Part shown: one piece after another, positions 35,408-47,935 of the stretch | Layout: each line of letters begins with the position of its first letter | How positions within the stretch are numbered: position 1 is the stretch's first letter | Source: Rhina ancylostomus | Taxonomy: Eukaryota | DNA length: 64,000 bases | Assembly (NCBI GenBank): GCA_030265395.1 | Contig: JARFYF010000050.1 | Span: 20,032,802 to 20,096,801 of the forward strand | Reading direction: 5' to 3' | Translations under genes and position numbers: made by a program | The notes under the pieces: model-generated | The model's input: the letters and a program-made list of their open reading frames with translations, nothing else | What the model was told of the DNA's origin: nothing | The model's database searches: none

Positions 35408-36544
35408 TACTTCAGTCAGATGCAGAGCTGCTCTGGTAAGGGAACCTCTGATCAAAAGGTGCCAAAAAGGCTAACTTGCAACTCCAAATTTGCCTTTGAG
35501 ATTTTCCAAGCACATTGTAATGCCAACATAATCAGACTAACTAAAGTGACAATCAAGGTCAGTTTTTCTCATACCATGTGTATACCAGCATCACCTCCAC
35601 TGCAGCAACCAAAGAATCAGCTTTGAGTTGCTGCCTCCCTTTATATTCCCTGATTTTCCATTTATTTTTCTATTGTATGGCATGGTTATCCCTCATCCCA
35701 ATGCACCTACCGAGTTTTCTGTGTTATATGTGCAGAAAATTGTGATAAAATGCAGACACTCTGTGAGAGGGGAAAACTGCTACCCCCACCCAACCCCCAT
35801 ACACCCTTTCATCACCATCCAACCCTTCAGTAATGGACAGTGAGCCAACTGCTCAGCTTCTCAGTAGTCTGTGGGGGACTCTGCTCTTTCATTCACATCC
35901 TCTGCTGCCAGACTTCATTTCCTCTGCACTTGATAAATAACTGACCCAACATAACATTTACAATCGCACTGTTATTGTTCAAAATGCAGAGCGCAAGACC
36001 ATATTCTTTTTTTTAAAAATCATCTGCTTTAAAAGGCTAGAATGATCCCTGTCCTCTCTCTTCAGCGATAATAGATACTGCCAGAGTTGAAATGTTCTCC
36101 AAAGGCTGCATGAGTCAATAGGCAAAGGTTTGGGTTGGGATTGTCTGCAAGGCTAAATATGGAGTAAACAAATATTGTAACTACAAATTGGATCCAATGT
36201 AGCAATGACTAAATTTCACTGAGGTTTGGCTGTGGGTGAGTAACTTGCTTACTGAAGTTGGTGCAGTCATCAGCACAGGCAGTACATTTTGAAGCTATTA
36301 TTTAAGGTGATAATTGGATCACTTAATAAGAGGAATTGAACTCCCATTTGGTTTTCCAGAACCTCCAGGAAACTGATCCAGCAGCACGGGGGCAGCTGCC
36401 TTTTCACAGAATGCCAGTAGTGGAAGATCAACATCCTACACACCAAGGACACTACCTTCATGGCATCAGCCCCTGCATGAGAAATAAGTGCACGGCAATG
36501 TAGTGCGTAGGGGAGGGCCTGAGGTAGTACTAGGCACTAAGCAG

Positions 36545-37345
36545 TATAGTGCAACCTCAGGCCTAGCTTCCTTGACCTCTCAGGGGAGTGGCACTTGCAC
36601 AAGTAGTGGTGAGAATAATTGACAGCCTACTGGAGGATGGTGGCCCATCACTGCTGGTCCTGGCTTCCAAGCTGTCAAAAGGCAGTAGCATCATCCTGAT
36701 TTTTGTTTTGTTGCCTCCAATTCCTCTCAGGCCTCTACCAAAGGAATGGCAAAAAACTCTAAGTCCATTGGATATAAAGGGCAAAGGCACGAGATCAGTG
36801 GATTGTTCACCAGACCTGGCAGTGAAACCTTCCCCTCTAATGAGGAACACCAAAACAAACGGTCCCTCTTTGCACAGGTACAATGTGCAGTCATTTGCAC
36901 ACCTGTGCCGTTCCAAGCAGCACTGCAGCAAATAGGAGCTTCCATCAACCAAGGCATGCTATCCCAACAGCACTGAGTTGATGAGAAGCCACAATCTGAA
37001 ATTCATGCAGGCTGTACCAGATTCCCTGGAAGATGTCATGATGCTCTCACGTTGCAACAGTAGTACAACATCAAAGACCATTGTGTTCCAGGAAGGAGAC
37101 AAGGCCAAGCAATACTCACTTTCTCTTGTAACCTGTGAGGAATCCCATCCATGAGGTGCAGGAACAGAAGAATCATGTGTGTCATACACATGTTTGGAAA
37201 CTGAGATATGTTACGAGGAGCTCCCATTAATTTACAGAAATTAAATGTAATTAGTTTAATNNNNNNNNNNCTCGGGGGCATCAGGTGAAGTCTGTGTCAA
37301 GGATTCCTCTCCTCTTACCTCACTACTCCTCGCAGAGGGGAAGGC
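36545..37345 (+). pseudogene. Decayed PIF/Harbinger (HARBI1-like) DDE transposase gene
   Basis: Colinear motifs across frameshifts: RPSFLDLSGE; FVASNSSQAST (F.ASGSFQ); LFTRPG..TFPSNEEHQNKR; QVQCAVICTPV (QVQGAIDCTHV); TRFPGRCHDA (ARYPGSCHD); GDK; LL*PVRNP..E.QE..N (WLMTP.RNP..AE.RYN); VSRI; QRG. Confidence 0.85.
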
Positions 37346-40149
37346 ATCCAAGGCAGTGATTGATGCATTAACCCCAGCCATCTCTCACTCAAACAGAAGA
37401 GGAGGAAATGTCCCAGTTGCCGCAATTGACAAATATTAAAGAAGTTGCAAATCACTGTTTTTGTTTAATAGCTCTTGTATTTTATTATAGATGTCAGCTA
37501 TACTTAGACTTAAATAGTTCTACTAAAACTATAATTATACCTAAGATGTAAAAAATATAATGAAATTCTTACATATTTACCAATGTTTAAAATTACTTAA
37601 AATGGAAAATCCATCAACTCCGATGGAACCAAATGGTGGAGGCAATATGGTCACCAGTTTATGGACCTTGATGAGTGCTGGACACAGAAGTCAACTTTCT
37701 TTCAGGTTATTTCTTGATTGTAAAGTTTCCAATACAGTATGTATCCAGAGAGTTTGCTGAAATTAGCAGCTCTCCTGACGAGGCCTGTATGACGGGGACA
37801 GGGGTTAAAGAAAATGTGTCCAGTGTTTATGAGCTCTTTTTTGTCCAGCTTCTTTGGCAATGACTACTTGAAAAGTATCTCAGTTTAGCCCAGTGTTGTT
37901 CAAGGCGCTACATAAATAGATGTTGTTTGCTGAGGATGAAGGCTGCGAAATTAGGTGTATCGGGTCAACTTAGTACAAGTGCTGTCGAATAATTAATCAG
38001 AATGTGGAAGGCACACTTCTTTTGTCTGGATAAGGTGCAGAGATGTGATTCTTACTCCTCCAAGTGAATGTTCAGAAGGAACGTGGAGTGTTGCCTTCTT
38101 CACAACATGACACACTACAGAGGGCTGNNNNNNNNNNNNNNNNNNNNNNNNNNNNNNNNNNNNNNNNNNNNNNNNNNNNNNNNNNNNNNNNNNNNNNNNN
38201 NNNNNNNNNNNNNNNNNNNNNNNNNNNNNNNNNNNNNNNNNNNNNNNNNNNNNNNNNNNNNNNNNNNNNNNNNNNNNNNNNNNNNNNNNNNNNNNNNNNN
38301 NNNNNNNNNNNNNNNNNNNNNNNNNNNNNNNNNNNNNNNNNNNNNNNNNNNNNNNNNNNNNNNNNNNNNNNNNNNNNGTCTAACCTGGTATATGACCAAT
38401 AAGCTAATTCTCTAGCTGGGGAATCTCAACAAAATCCAATCCCTTTGTGGGACTCCATATTTAAGCATAATATTTAATTATATTAAGCATAATTAAGCAC
38501 AAATATAAATGGATTTGGTGATTAGTTTCAATTAACCATGATGCCAATCTGAGGTGAGCTGGGATACTGCTAAAATTCTACTTAAAAGGGTTGAAAACAG
38601 ACCTCTTAACTCTTACCAGTGCAAGAATTTAAACAGACCAGATCTTAAATGACCACATTGGACAGGAAAAATCCATTTTTGCCTCCTTGGCTACATCATA
38701 ATTAAAGATCCAGTAACTTTATTAATTGAGGAAAAGAGGAGAATTTTAAAAAGAGACAAAATATGTTACGTTCAATAGACATTTAAACAATCCCTTAACA
38801 TTTTTTTACATTAACCATTCACATGTCTTGAAACAGCTTATGCGCACTCTGATAATTAACCTATTCACAGCCACTCACTCTCGTTCTCAAAAGCTGGTTA
38901 TTCTAATACACTTTCCAGGGATTTGTGTTCGAGTTTTAATATGTTAGAGGAGCAACCAGATCTGAAGAGTTCCAAAGTGGGGCACAAATCATAGACAAAC
39001 TGAAGACAATTCTATCTCCTCCCCACACATCTAAAACAAACATAAATTAAAGGAGGACAGATGTTACCAGAGATCACAAGCATGAAAATATCATTGGATC
39101 TAGAAGGATCAAAGATCCCGAGGGGAAGGGATATTAAATAAAACCATCACAGAATGCCTGAACAGTCAGGATTGCCTGAGATTCTTTAGGTAATATCCCT
39201 TGCCTATTATTTACCAAGGTTCCGCCATTTACCTTTTTTCCTCAAGGAGAGGATACAAACCTAAAGCACTAGACTCAAACCTGCAGACTCAAACCTAAAG
39301 CTCCTTGCATCTTGTAGAAAGAAAGACTAAAGGACTCAAAGTAACCAGAAGAAATANNNNNNNNNNNNNNNNNNNNNNNNNNNNNNNNNNNNNNNNNNNN
39401 NNNNNNNNNNNNNNNNNNNNNNNNNNNNNNNNNNNNNNNNNNNNNNNNNNNNNNNNATAAATGGCTCAAATACTTGTGCTGAAATAGCCAAGGATAAAGA
39501 CAAACTAAAATGAGGAATGACCATAGATTCCAAACATTCAGCCAATGCAGATCAGCAATAAATTGTTGAAGTACTAAGTCATGAGAGCAGAGGGGGCAGA
39601 CTACAGGCAGCTGGAATCATATTGCCCTGGTCAGACCATGCCTTTTGAGAAATGCATGTACTAGCCTTTACAATGCTGTGGGGGTGGGTGGGCAGAAACA
39701 TTCAAGAACTATTTAGCTCTCTACAAGAGAACTGCACTGTGAATCCCATCATGTCGATTGTCTGAGAATTGAAGCTTGATTGGAGAACCCTGAGCTAATT
39801 AGGCTTGGGAGGACTGATCTGAAAGATGACCTTTTTGAACACTTGGGATAGTTAAAGGAGAGGAAAAGGTAAAACTGAAATATTATTTTCTGACAACGTT
39901 TGAGAATTTGACAAGTGAATGCACTGAAGCAGAAAACTATTGGATGTAATAGACTATGTGAAATAACGTAGCCTCGAAAAATCCCATTAGGTTTAGGAAG
40001 ATTAACCTAATAGGTTTAATCTTATTAGCATTAGGTTCTATTTGGATCCTAAACCTAATAGATGTCTTATAATTAAACAGAAGTTGGATAATAATGCAGC
40101 AATTTAGTAGATGCATTACTGCATCAACCATGATCTGGTAATATTTTGA

Positions 40150-40700
40150 GTGACTTTATCCTCAAAGGATAAAAGCCAAGCTGGCTTTCCAACACAGACT
40201 GTGTGGAATTGCACCTCCCCTGCACTGCAGAAACCAGCAAACTGTACGAATATTGAAGAATGTTTGTTCAAATCCGGACCTCCAAATCACCACCTATTCA
40301 ACATCCCAGAATAACCAAGAAAGCACATCAATCCCATTGACCTTTGACATTCAAAAGCAAGGGCTAAAGAAAGGAAAGCTGGGACTGGAATAATGTATCC
40401 AGACACGGATACATTATGTAGTCATGGATCTCATGAAAACTCCTCAAGTTTGGATCTCCCATGTTGATGAAGTATAGTGACGAACTGATGTCAGACTACC
40501 TGTGGGAGAAGCAATGAACACCTTCACCAACAGAAAATCAAATCCATCACTGCAGAACAATGAATATGAAATCCATTCTGTGGATCACATCGATCATTGC
40601 CCGAGACTAAGAAGGTTGGCAGCATTTCTCAGCTTGTACCAAAGTCATAACCAGCCCACAAAACCTGGACATGCAACTTTAACATTACTGATCTAATCAC
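40150..40700 (+). mobile_element. RTE-X-clade LINE 3' relic
   Basis: Fragments GIAPP, D...P..LDLP, RTTCGRSNEHLH, DHIDHCP.LR follow the RTE-X C-terminal order (IAPP.LRR...DPT..PGFDLP...RT..GRC...HI...CP). Confidence 0.6.
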
Positions 40701-43700
40701 CATTAAGTCTAACTAACACTGATTCAAGTCTGTCAGATCATTATTGTATTGTGCTGCTGTTTAAGATTATCCACTTTATATATTGTTAGATATGTTTATT
40801 GAGATAACATTTCTTTACTCTCCTTTGATCAAGACTAAGTTTTCAGATCGTTTTTCAGCCTACTTTACAACTGTATTTTTCATATGATGAAGTGTTAAGT
40901 ATTCAAAAATGATCAAACTTTTATTACAAGCATTTGGAAGCCAAAATTTAGACCAAAAGCCAAATAGAATTGGTGTATAGAATTTCCAGGCAATCTTCTG
41001 TTATTATCTGGTAATGCAGCAGTAATAACATCACCAATTTTATTCATGTCTTCTTGCAAACATCACAGCATGGTGCACTGGTAAACTTATCCAACTTCCA
41101 AAAAGAGAAGAAATAATCTCTGACTTTAAATGACCACTTTACAACCTAAAGAAGATTAGAATGCGCAACTCTTTTTTTTAAAACCAGCCTCAATGAATGT
41201 GCTGAAATTGAACTGTGGACCTGAGGAGTCAATAGCATCCCATCTCACCCACCCAATGAATTCTGATCTAAATGGTCAGCCCACAACTGTTCTAGAATAT
41301 TCCCACTAACATACGCTTATTAGAAAAAGCCATGGTGAAGAAACAGCTGCACTCCTGATTAGAAATGAACAGAAGCTTGAATTGGAACAGCAGCCAAACA
41401 TAATACAGCTTCTGCACAAGACATGTGCCCAGAGAACAGTTTTCAAATGTACATCAGTGAATGGACTTATTCACTCTTGATCTTTTTAAGTTCCTTGGAG
41501 AGTAGGACATGGCCACTACAGTAAGCGGTTTGAATTAAAGTTAACTGCTCAGGTAAAGGTTAGTTCTTTCTAAATATCACCTAATCCCTATAATATATTG
41601 TAGCCTCAAGATTTAATTTGATGTGATAAAACTATATATTTTTCTGCAAGGCAATTCTGTTGAAATGAACAGGTGAAAAACTTGGAAGCACTGAAGAAGT
41701 TAAATTCAGTAATCAAATGGAAGAAAACAAGAGCAAGAAGAAACTTCAACACACTTAACATGTTACGAGATTATTGGGCTTCACTGTACTTTGGCTCACT
41801 GTGCCATTATTTATACCAGAATCAGTTATACTTCTTTCTCAGTTTTATACTCATAGCATTTGCAGGTACAGTATACAAGCACATCAATACAGGCAAGTAA
41901 AAAATGCATCTTAAATTAAGCAATCAAGTCTCAGCAGTTAAAAAAAAATTAATTGACATCTGTATTGAATACGACCAAAATGATTTTTTGACTATTTTTG
42001 CTAAGGATGGATATTCCATCTTTAGATCTTTATCATTTAATAATTTGTAATTCAGAATAAGTGACTGATGAAATGCAAACATTCCCATTCTATGCACATA
42101 TGAATGTATTATCATCTTCCTCCTCTTATTTCTAACTCAGGGAAATCCATTTATTCCAATCCTATTCTATCAGGACTTATCTCTACCTTCTTATCTGTAA
42201 TCGATTTGAATTCATCTCCACCTCTATTTCTGGCCAAAGCCCTCTCTATCTGAGCCTTTTCAATATCAAATCCATTGGATGAGAAATAACATAAGGGAAA
42301 TAAATTCATCTGGATTTAGAAAGAAAGAGTTAAGCCCACAGTGCAACAGATACGAATAGAATTTCAATAGGCGGAAAGCAGATTCAGACAAAGTAATGAA
42401 TATCTGAGGTAGAGCAGAGGTTAACCTTATGAACTTGGTCAAGTATTGTCCTGTCTTTGATATATTCATTCCATTATCAGTCAACTCCCTGTAAGAACAA
42501 TCTACTTAATTCTCAGTCAGAATGACAATGTCAAACAGGAACAGCAAATACTGTAAATAAAATATTGTTACCATAGAAACGGGTAAAAATAGATTAAGTA
42601 GCTCATCTCTGACAAAGATGTATATTAGCAAATTAACACTACCTCTCCAAAACATTTAGTCTATTATTCTTTTATAACCACGTCATAAGTAATGAACAAA
42701 ATAATAAATCAAATAATGCTCTTTTGCAATAAAGACTGTCAATGATTTTTTAAAAATGCAAATTAACCAGAACATGCTGTTTTAAATATAACAACATTGC
42801 GATTCAGGATAGAACATACATTTTGTTTAAAAAAAGAACTATACTGTATAATAGCCACATTGTTAACCATCGCTGGCAAGTTCCCAATAACATTCCAACA
42901 CACTGCCCAGAAAACTCCACATTCACACTGCGAGAGACAGATTTCTCATGTAAATATTTAGTATTAACATACTCACAGCAGGATTGTCTTTGTCCACACT
43001 CTAGTTCCACTCTGTCTTACAGTCCTACAAATGAGAAGCACATCAGTGAGAAGGCTACCTACGCATAAACATCCACATAAAGAAAAAAAGCTTTGCTTAT
43101 AGCAGTATAAAAAAGAACACTTCTGTATGCTAAAATGTAATTACAGTCCATTATACAGGGTACAATTACACATCTATCTAATTTGCTACAATTATAATAA
43201 CGTTTGTAAGACAAATACATTTTCCAACCACAGTTAAACGACAATAATGATTAGTGTATGAGATGTCAAGATATCTCATTCCAGACCCCATTCCCAATGA
43301 AAACAAATCCCCTAAATCTCACCATCTCTAAATTAGAAGCCAATATCCCAGTAGCACTAAAATGATTGCGACATTTTCACTTTCCTCTCTGTGTTTTGTA
43401 TCTATTCCAGGCATATGTTGTCATTAATGGGCTGCTGTCGATTCATCTGTACTGAACACCACTATCATACAAATCCACTTTTGCAACAATTTTCAGGTAA
43501 ACTCTAAAATCTTTGCGATGAGGGCCTTGAACCTCAATAAATTTTTATGCATTTCCCTTTCATCAAGGAAGACATCAAATCTATAATGAAATACAAGATT
43601 CCAAAGCAGCTTTCTTTTTAAAAAGAAATCATCATTCATGCAATGAGTCTCCTTAAGGAGAGCATGTGAAATGTTTTTGATGCTCTATTTTAATAAATCC

Positions 43701-45664
43701 AATTTATTCAAGTGTGTACAATCTGGAATTTATTTTGACTTCAGTGACAGAATGGGTCAAGTAGAATCATAGAACAAATACAAATTAAAAAGGTACAGCT
43801 ACTTATGAGTCCAAACCAAGTAAACTTGGAAATAAGATGCAGAACAAGTTTCCAAAGTTGTGTTACACTATTAATTTTACGCTACTATGGACCCAACATC
43901 GCTTCATATCTAACTTTGAATTTTGGACCTGCTTTGAAAGTATAATAGCAAAATGGTAAGTGGATTATAATTATTTCAACTGAATGAATTACTGAAATTG
44001 GGAAATTCAACAAGGCAAATGTTTTTGTCAATGTTTCTTTAAAAATGCATCACAATGGCCATAGCTCAGAATGTGTTACCTTAAAAACTGACGATGTGAT
44101 TTTATCTACCCATGATTGACACAGTGAACACACTTTGCTGGAGCTTCACAATTGCTATACTGGAATTATATCACGCATTTGACCATATCCAATGGCAGGC
44201 ACTTCTTTCATTTGTCAGTGAGCCAAACTATTCTTTCATGTACAAGTCATCACTAAATATTATTAATACTTTTTAAAATTTATTCTTGCCTGTAGAAATT
44301 GGAATAACATGCAGATAAGTCCTCTTATGGATTTTATTTAGACAGAGTTTATTCTTTCCCAATCAATAATTGATATGGCACTCTTGAATTCTGTAATTTT
44401 GTCCCAATTTTGAATTCATGCCTTACTCAATTATTCATTCATTGTTGCACTTTATCTTTTCATATGAACATTGTCAATTTTCTTCCCATTTTTGCTGTGT
44501 GCCTTCTGCTCACCATCTTCAGTGACAGGAGGGGTAAGATTCAGACATTTATACAGGCAGGAGGCTGTAGTTGCCAAATATATCTTCATCAAGGTTTGAT
44601 AGAATGTGCTGGAGAAGTAAAATGCTGTGCCCCAGTACCACTCAAATATAAAGAAATCAACCTACTTAAACTTAGAGTACAATGAGATAATATCAATATT
44701 CTATAATGTAATGTTCACTTGATGAGAGAATGCTACTCTTGTACATCCAAGTGTACTAACAACATCAGGAAAGAAGAAACATCCATCACCATTACATGTT
44801 GACTGTCACAGTAGTTCTGTCAACAGACCAGCAGAGAGCAGTGTCATTCTTTTTTAAGTCATTCCAGCCAATTCTTCCGAGAACTAAAAACTATGTGGCA
44901 ATCAAATTATAGCAAGTGTGCTTTGCAAAAATGTCAGTTTAACATCTGTCAGCAAAGACCTACAGANNNNNNNNNNCACCATAAAACATTGTTAAGCACC
45001 AGCACTGCTGAGGAAATAAAGGACTGTGTGCCATTTCCATTGAAGTTGCCTCTCTACAATTGCCTTCTCAAAATATCTCTGATATGAACTAGTAGCATGA
45101 TCACGGGTAAAAATTGCAACATATAAGCAAGAAAATCAAATTTCCAAAAAAAAGATGGCACAGTGATTTAACATGTCAAAGTTGCTCATACAGCAAGAAC
45201 TATTCTAACAACATGGTGCCATTATCTAGACAAGAAATAAAAATATTGTTCTGGAATTCTGCTCAATGCCTTATTTTCAGTGTTTTACCTCATTACCGTT
45301 GTAGAGACATTTTAAGCTTAGAAAGGTGTTTAACCCTCAATGTTGTATACACCTCAAGTTAACCAGGATTGTATGGTTGTGGCTAACAAGGTGGATAACA
45401 AAGGTGGAGTGATGGAGAGGCTGCTTGAGGTTGGAAAAGAGCTGAAACCCTAGAAGGAGGAATATAAAAGAGTCAAAGTTGCAGAACACTTGATTGGATC
45501 AGCATTGGCAAAAAAAGGAATGCCACAACTGCAACATTATACTGACCTCAGACAGCCTACTCCTGGCTTCTATCAGGAGGGGAAAAGGGCAGGATAGGGG
45601 GTAAATGAGAAGATGAGAGAAGCAGGAGATGGAATGAATTAAAGTTGGAAGTCAAGGCAGGAGA

Positions 45665-45692
45665 GGAGGGAGGGAGGGAGGGAGGGAGGGAG
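45665..45692. repeat. (GGGA)n purine microsatellite
   Basis: ggagggagggagggagggagggaggga; G-quadruplex/triplex-prone. Confidence 0.95.
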
Positions 45693-46334
45693 ATGATTGT
45701 CAGGACAAAAGGGGAAAGAGGCTAGGTGGAGGATTCCTTTTCACTCTGAAGGCAAGTCAATTTTTAGATTAAAGCCTCTTGACCATAAAATAATTCCACA
45801 GAACTTTAGTATCACGGAAGCAGCAGAGTATGTTAAGAGGCAGCTTGAGAAAGCTGAACAGGGTGCAAGTGTTTCCATGTTAAGAACATATATTGGAATA
45901 CAAAGCAGCACACAATCAATAATGTTATTTGAAAGTCTGAGAACCAATGACACATCTGGGGTGTCCACACATAGGGGGTGAGAGTTGACTTCTTCAACTC
46001 TTTCTCATCAGTGTGAAGGTAGTTTGCAAAATTAGACCTGGTCACCTCTGAACCAAAATCAGTGGTCATTCTTGCTCTGTCAGTTGGATCAGTGATCACG
46101 TCATTTGTTTCAACGTGCATGCTCAGGATCTCTGACACATGCATCATGCTATCAGCTTTTCATTAAAATGGCAGATGTACTTTCAGGAACCCAAGTCTTA
46201 TCTTTAAAATACACATTCATTTTGTGACTATATTTTTTCAATACTAATTGTCCAAAACACCAAGGCATCCGCAGCCCAATTCATAATGCATTCACACCTG
46301 ATCAGATTCTTATCCAGAAATTACAATCATTGAT

Positions 46335-47100
46335 ATTGCATCGAACATACAGGACGGAAACAGGCCACTCAGCCCAACCAGTCCATGCCAGCACAACTGC
46401 TCCATCTAAGCCTGCCTTTCCTCTGCGAGATATATCAGTGAAATCCTCTATATCCCTCTCGCTCACATGCTTGCCCAGCCTTCCCTTTAAATGTAGTTAT
46501 ACTATTCACCTCAATTATTCACGTGGTTGTAAGTTCCATATTCTCATCACACTTTGGTTAAGCACTTCCTATAATCTCCCTATTGGATTTCTAGGACAAA
46601 CTCACATAGATATCCTCTAGTTATGCTCTTCTTCACAAATGGAAACATTCTTGCTGTATCGTCTCTGTCAAAGTCTTTCATTATTTTAAATACCTCTATT
46701 AGGTCACTCCTTTTGTCAAGAGAAATAAAAAGTTTATTCATCCTCTCTGGATTTATATATCCTTGCATTCTGTAGTTGTTTTTTTTCTACACCCCTCTCT
46801 AGTGCCTCTATTTATTTTTAAACTGCATGGCAACCATTATTGCATGCAGTATCTAAGAGTAGTTTACATTCAATATAGTTTTGCAATAACTATGCTACTT
46901 TTCAATTCTATCCCTTCAGAAGTAAACCAGAGTCATGATTTGCTGTTGTTATGGTCTTGCTAACCTTGAGACCCAAAGTTTAACATTTGGTGTATTTGTA
47001 CTCTGAGGTCCCTTTATTTCTCTACCCCGCCAAGTAATTAGTTATCTCCTTGCTTGTTATAACAAGATGTATGTGTTGAACTTTATTTGCCAATTATTGA
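46335..47100 (-). mobile_element. CR1 LINE 3' fragment (old)
   Basis: acaggacggaaacaggccactcagccca 3' end; minus translation ERMNKL..SL.KRSDLIEVFKIMKDFDRDD..RMFP. Confidence 0.88.
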
Positions 47101-47649
47101 ATGGACTCAGAACGTACTTGTGCATTAACACACTCATTCAGCATTGGCGGTGACCCATGTAAAATGGAAAGGTTACTGGATGCATTAAGGTAGAACATAG
47201 AGACATCACTAAGCATGGATAGTTCACCGGTAATCATGGTCAGCAAAGATGAACCCAAGTGGAATATAAAGCAATAAATTTAACAATCAGGTAAATAGCA
47301 GGAAACTAGTAAATGATCTGGCTAATTGGTCAAAAAAGAACAATGTACTCACAATAAATGGCAACAGCAGAGGGAGGAAATAAAATCTTGAGATATATAA
47401 ACAGATGTGTGGAATATGTGGATGAGGACATGAAATGTGACTGTATTCCCCATTTGCACACATCAGTGCATCAGGTCAAATCTAGTTAGTATACGTAAAT
47501 GATGAGCAGTAAATATGTTTGAAATAAGGCAAATGAAATCTGGGAAGCAAAGTGAGAAAGATGCCAGCCTTTGATTGCTGGGATAGGTGAACAAATCCAG
47601 TTTAAATGGGATAAAAGTCAATTCTGTCTACTGGGTATATCTGCTTGAA

Positions 47650-47935
47650 AGGTCTCAATCCAATTCCTGGTCTGCATGCACCATCAGTGCAATGCCATTC
47701 CTTGCTTAGCATTAATTGCTGACCTCATGCAGAGGCCAGACAATGTCAGGTGTGCAAAATTATCATGTTGGGATGGTCCACTGATCCTGACAGCTGTACC
47801 AGGTCATTGGTACGGAGCAGTGAGGGAGGTTCTTCATCCATGCTGAAGCAGACCTGGGTTAATGCTGACACAGATGCCTGAAGTAGGAAGAGTATCCTTT
47901 CCCCAGCAATAGAACTCTCACTTTGACAAGTACAC
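47650..47935 (+). mobile_element. LF-SINE-like ancient SINE relic
   Basis: gacctcatgcagaggcca...ggtcc...cattggtacggagcagtgagggaggtt...ccatgctg parallels my recollection of LF-SINE (gtctcagcagagaggcca...cattggcggggcagtgtggggaagct...ccatgctgtacc). Confidence 0.45.

Noticed and set aside
37119-37390. Two minus-strand exon-like units with gtgagt/gtaaga donors
   Set aside because: They lie largely antisense within the Harbinger transposase relic, which explains the sequence better.
37770-37815. CTGACGA hammerhead-like core
   Set aside because: GAAA does not directly follow the possible stem, and stems I and III are missing.
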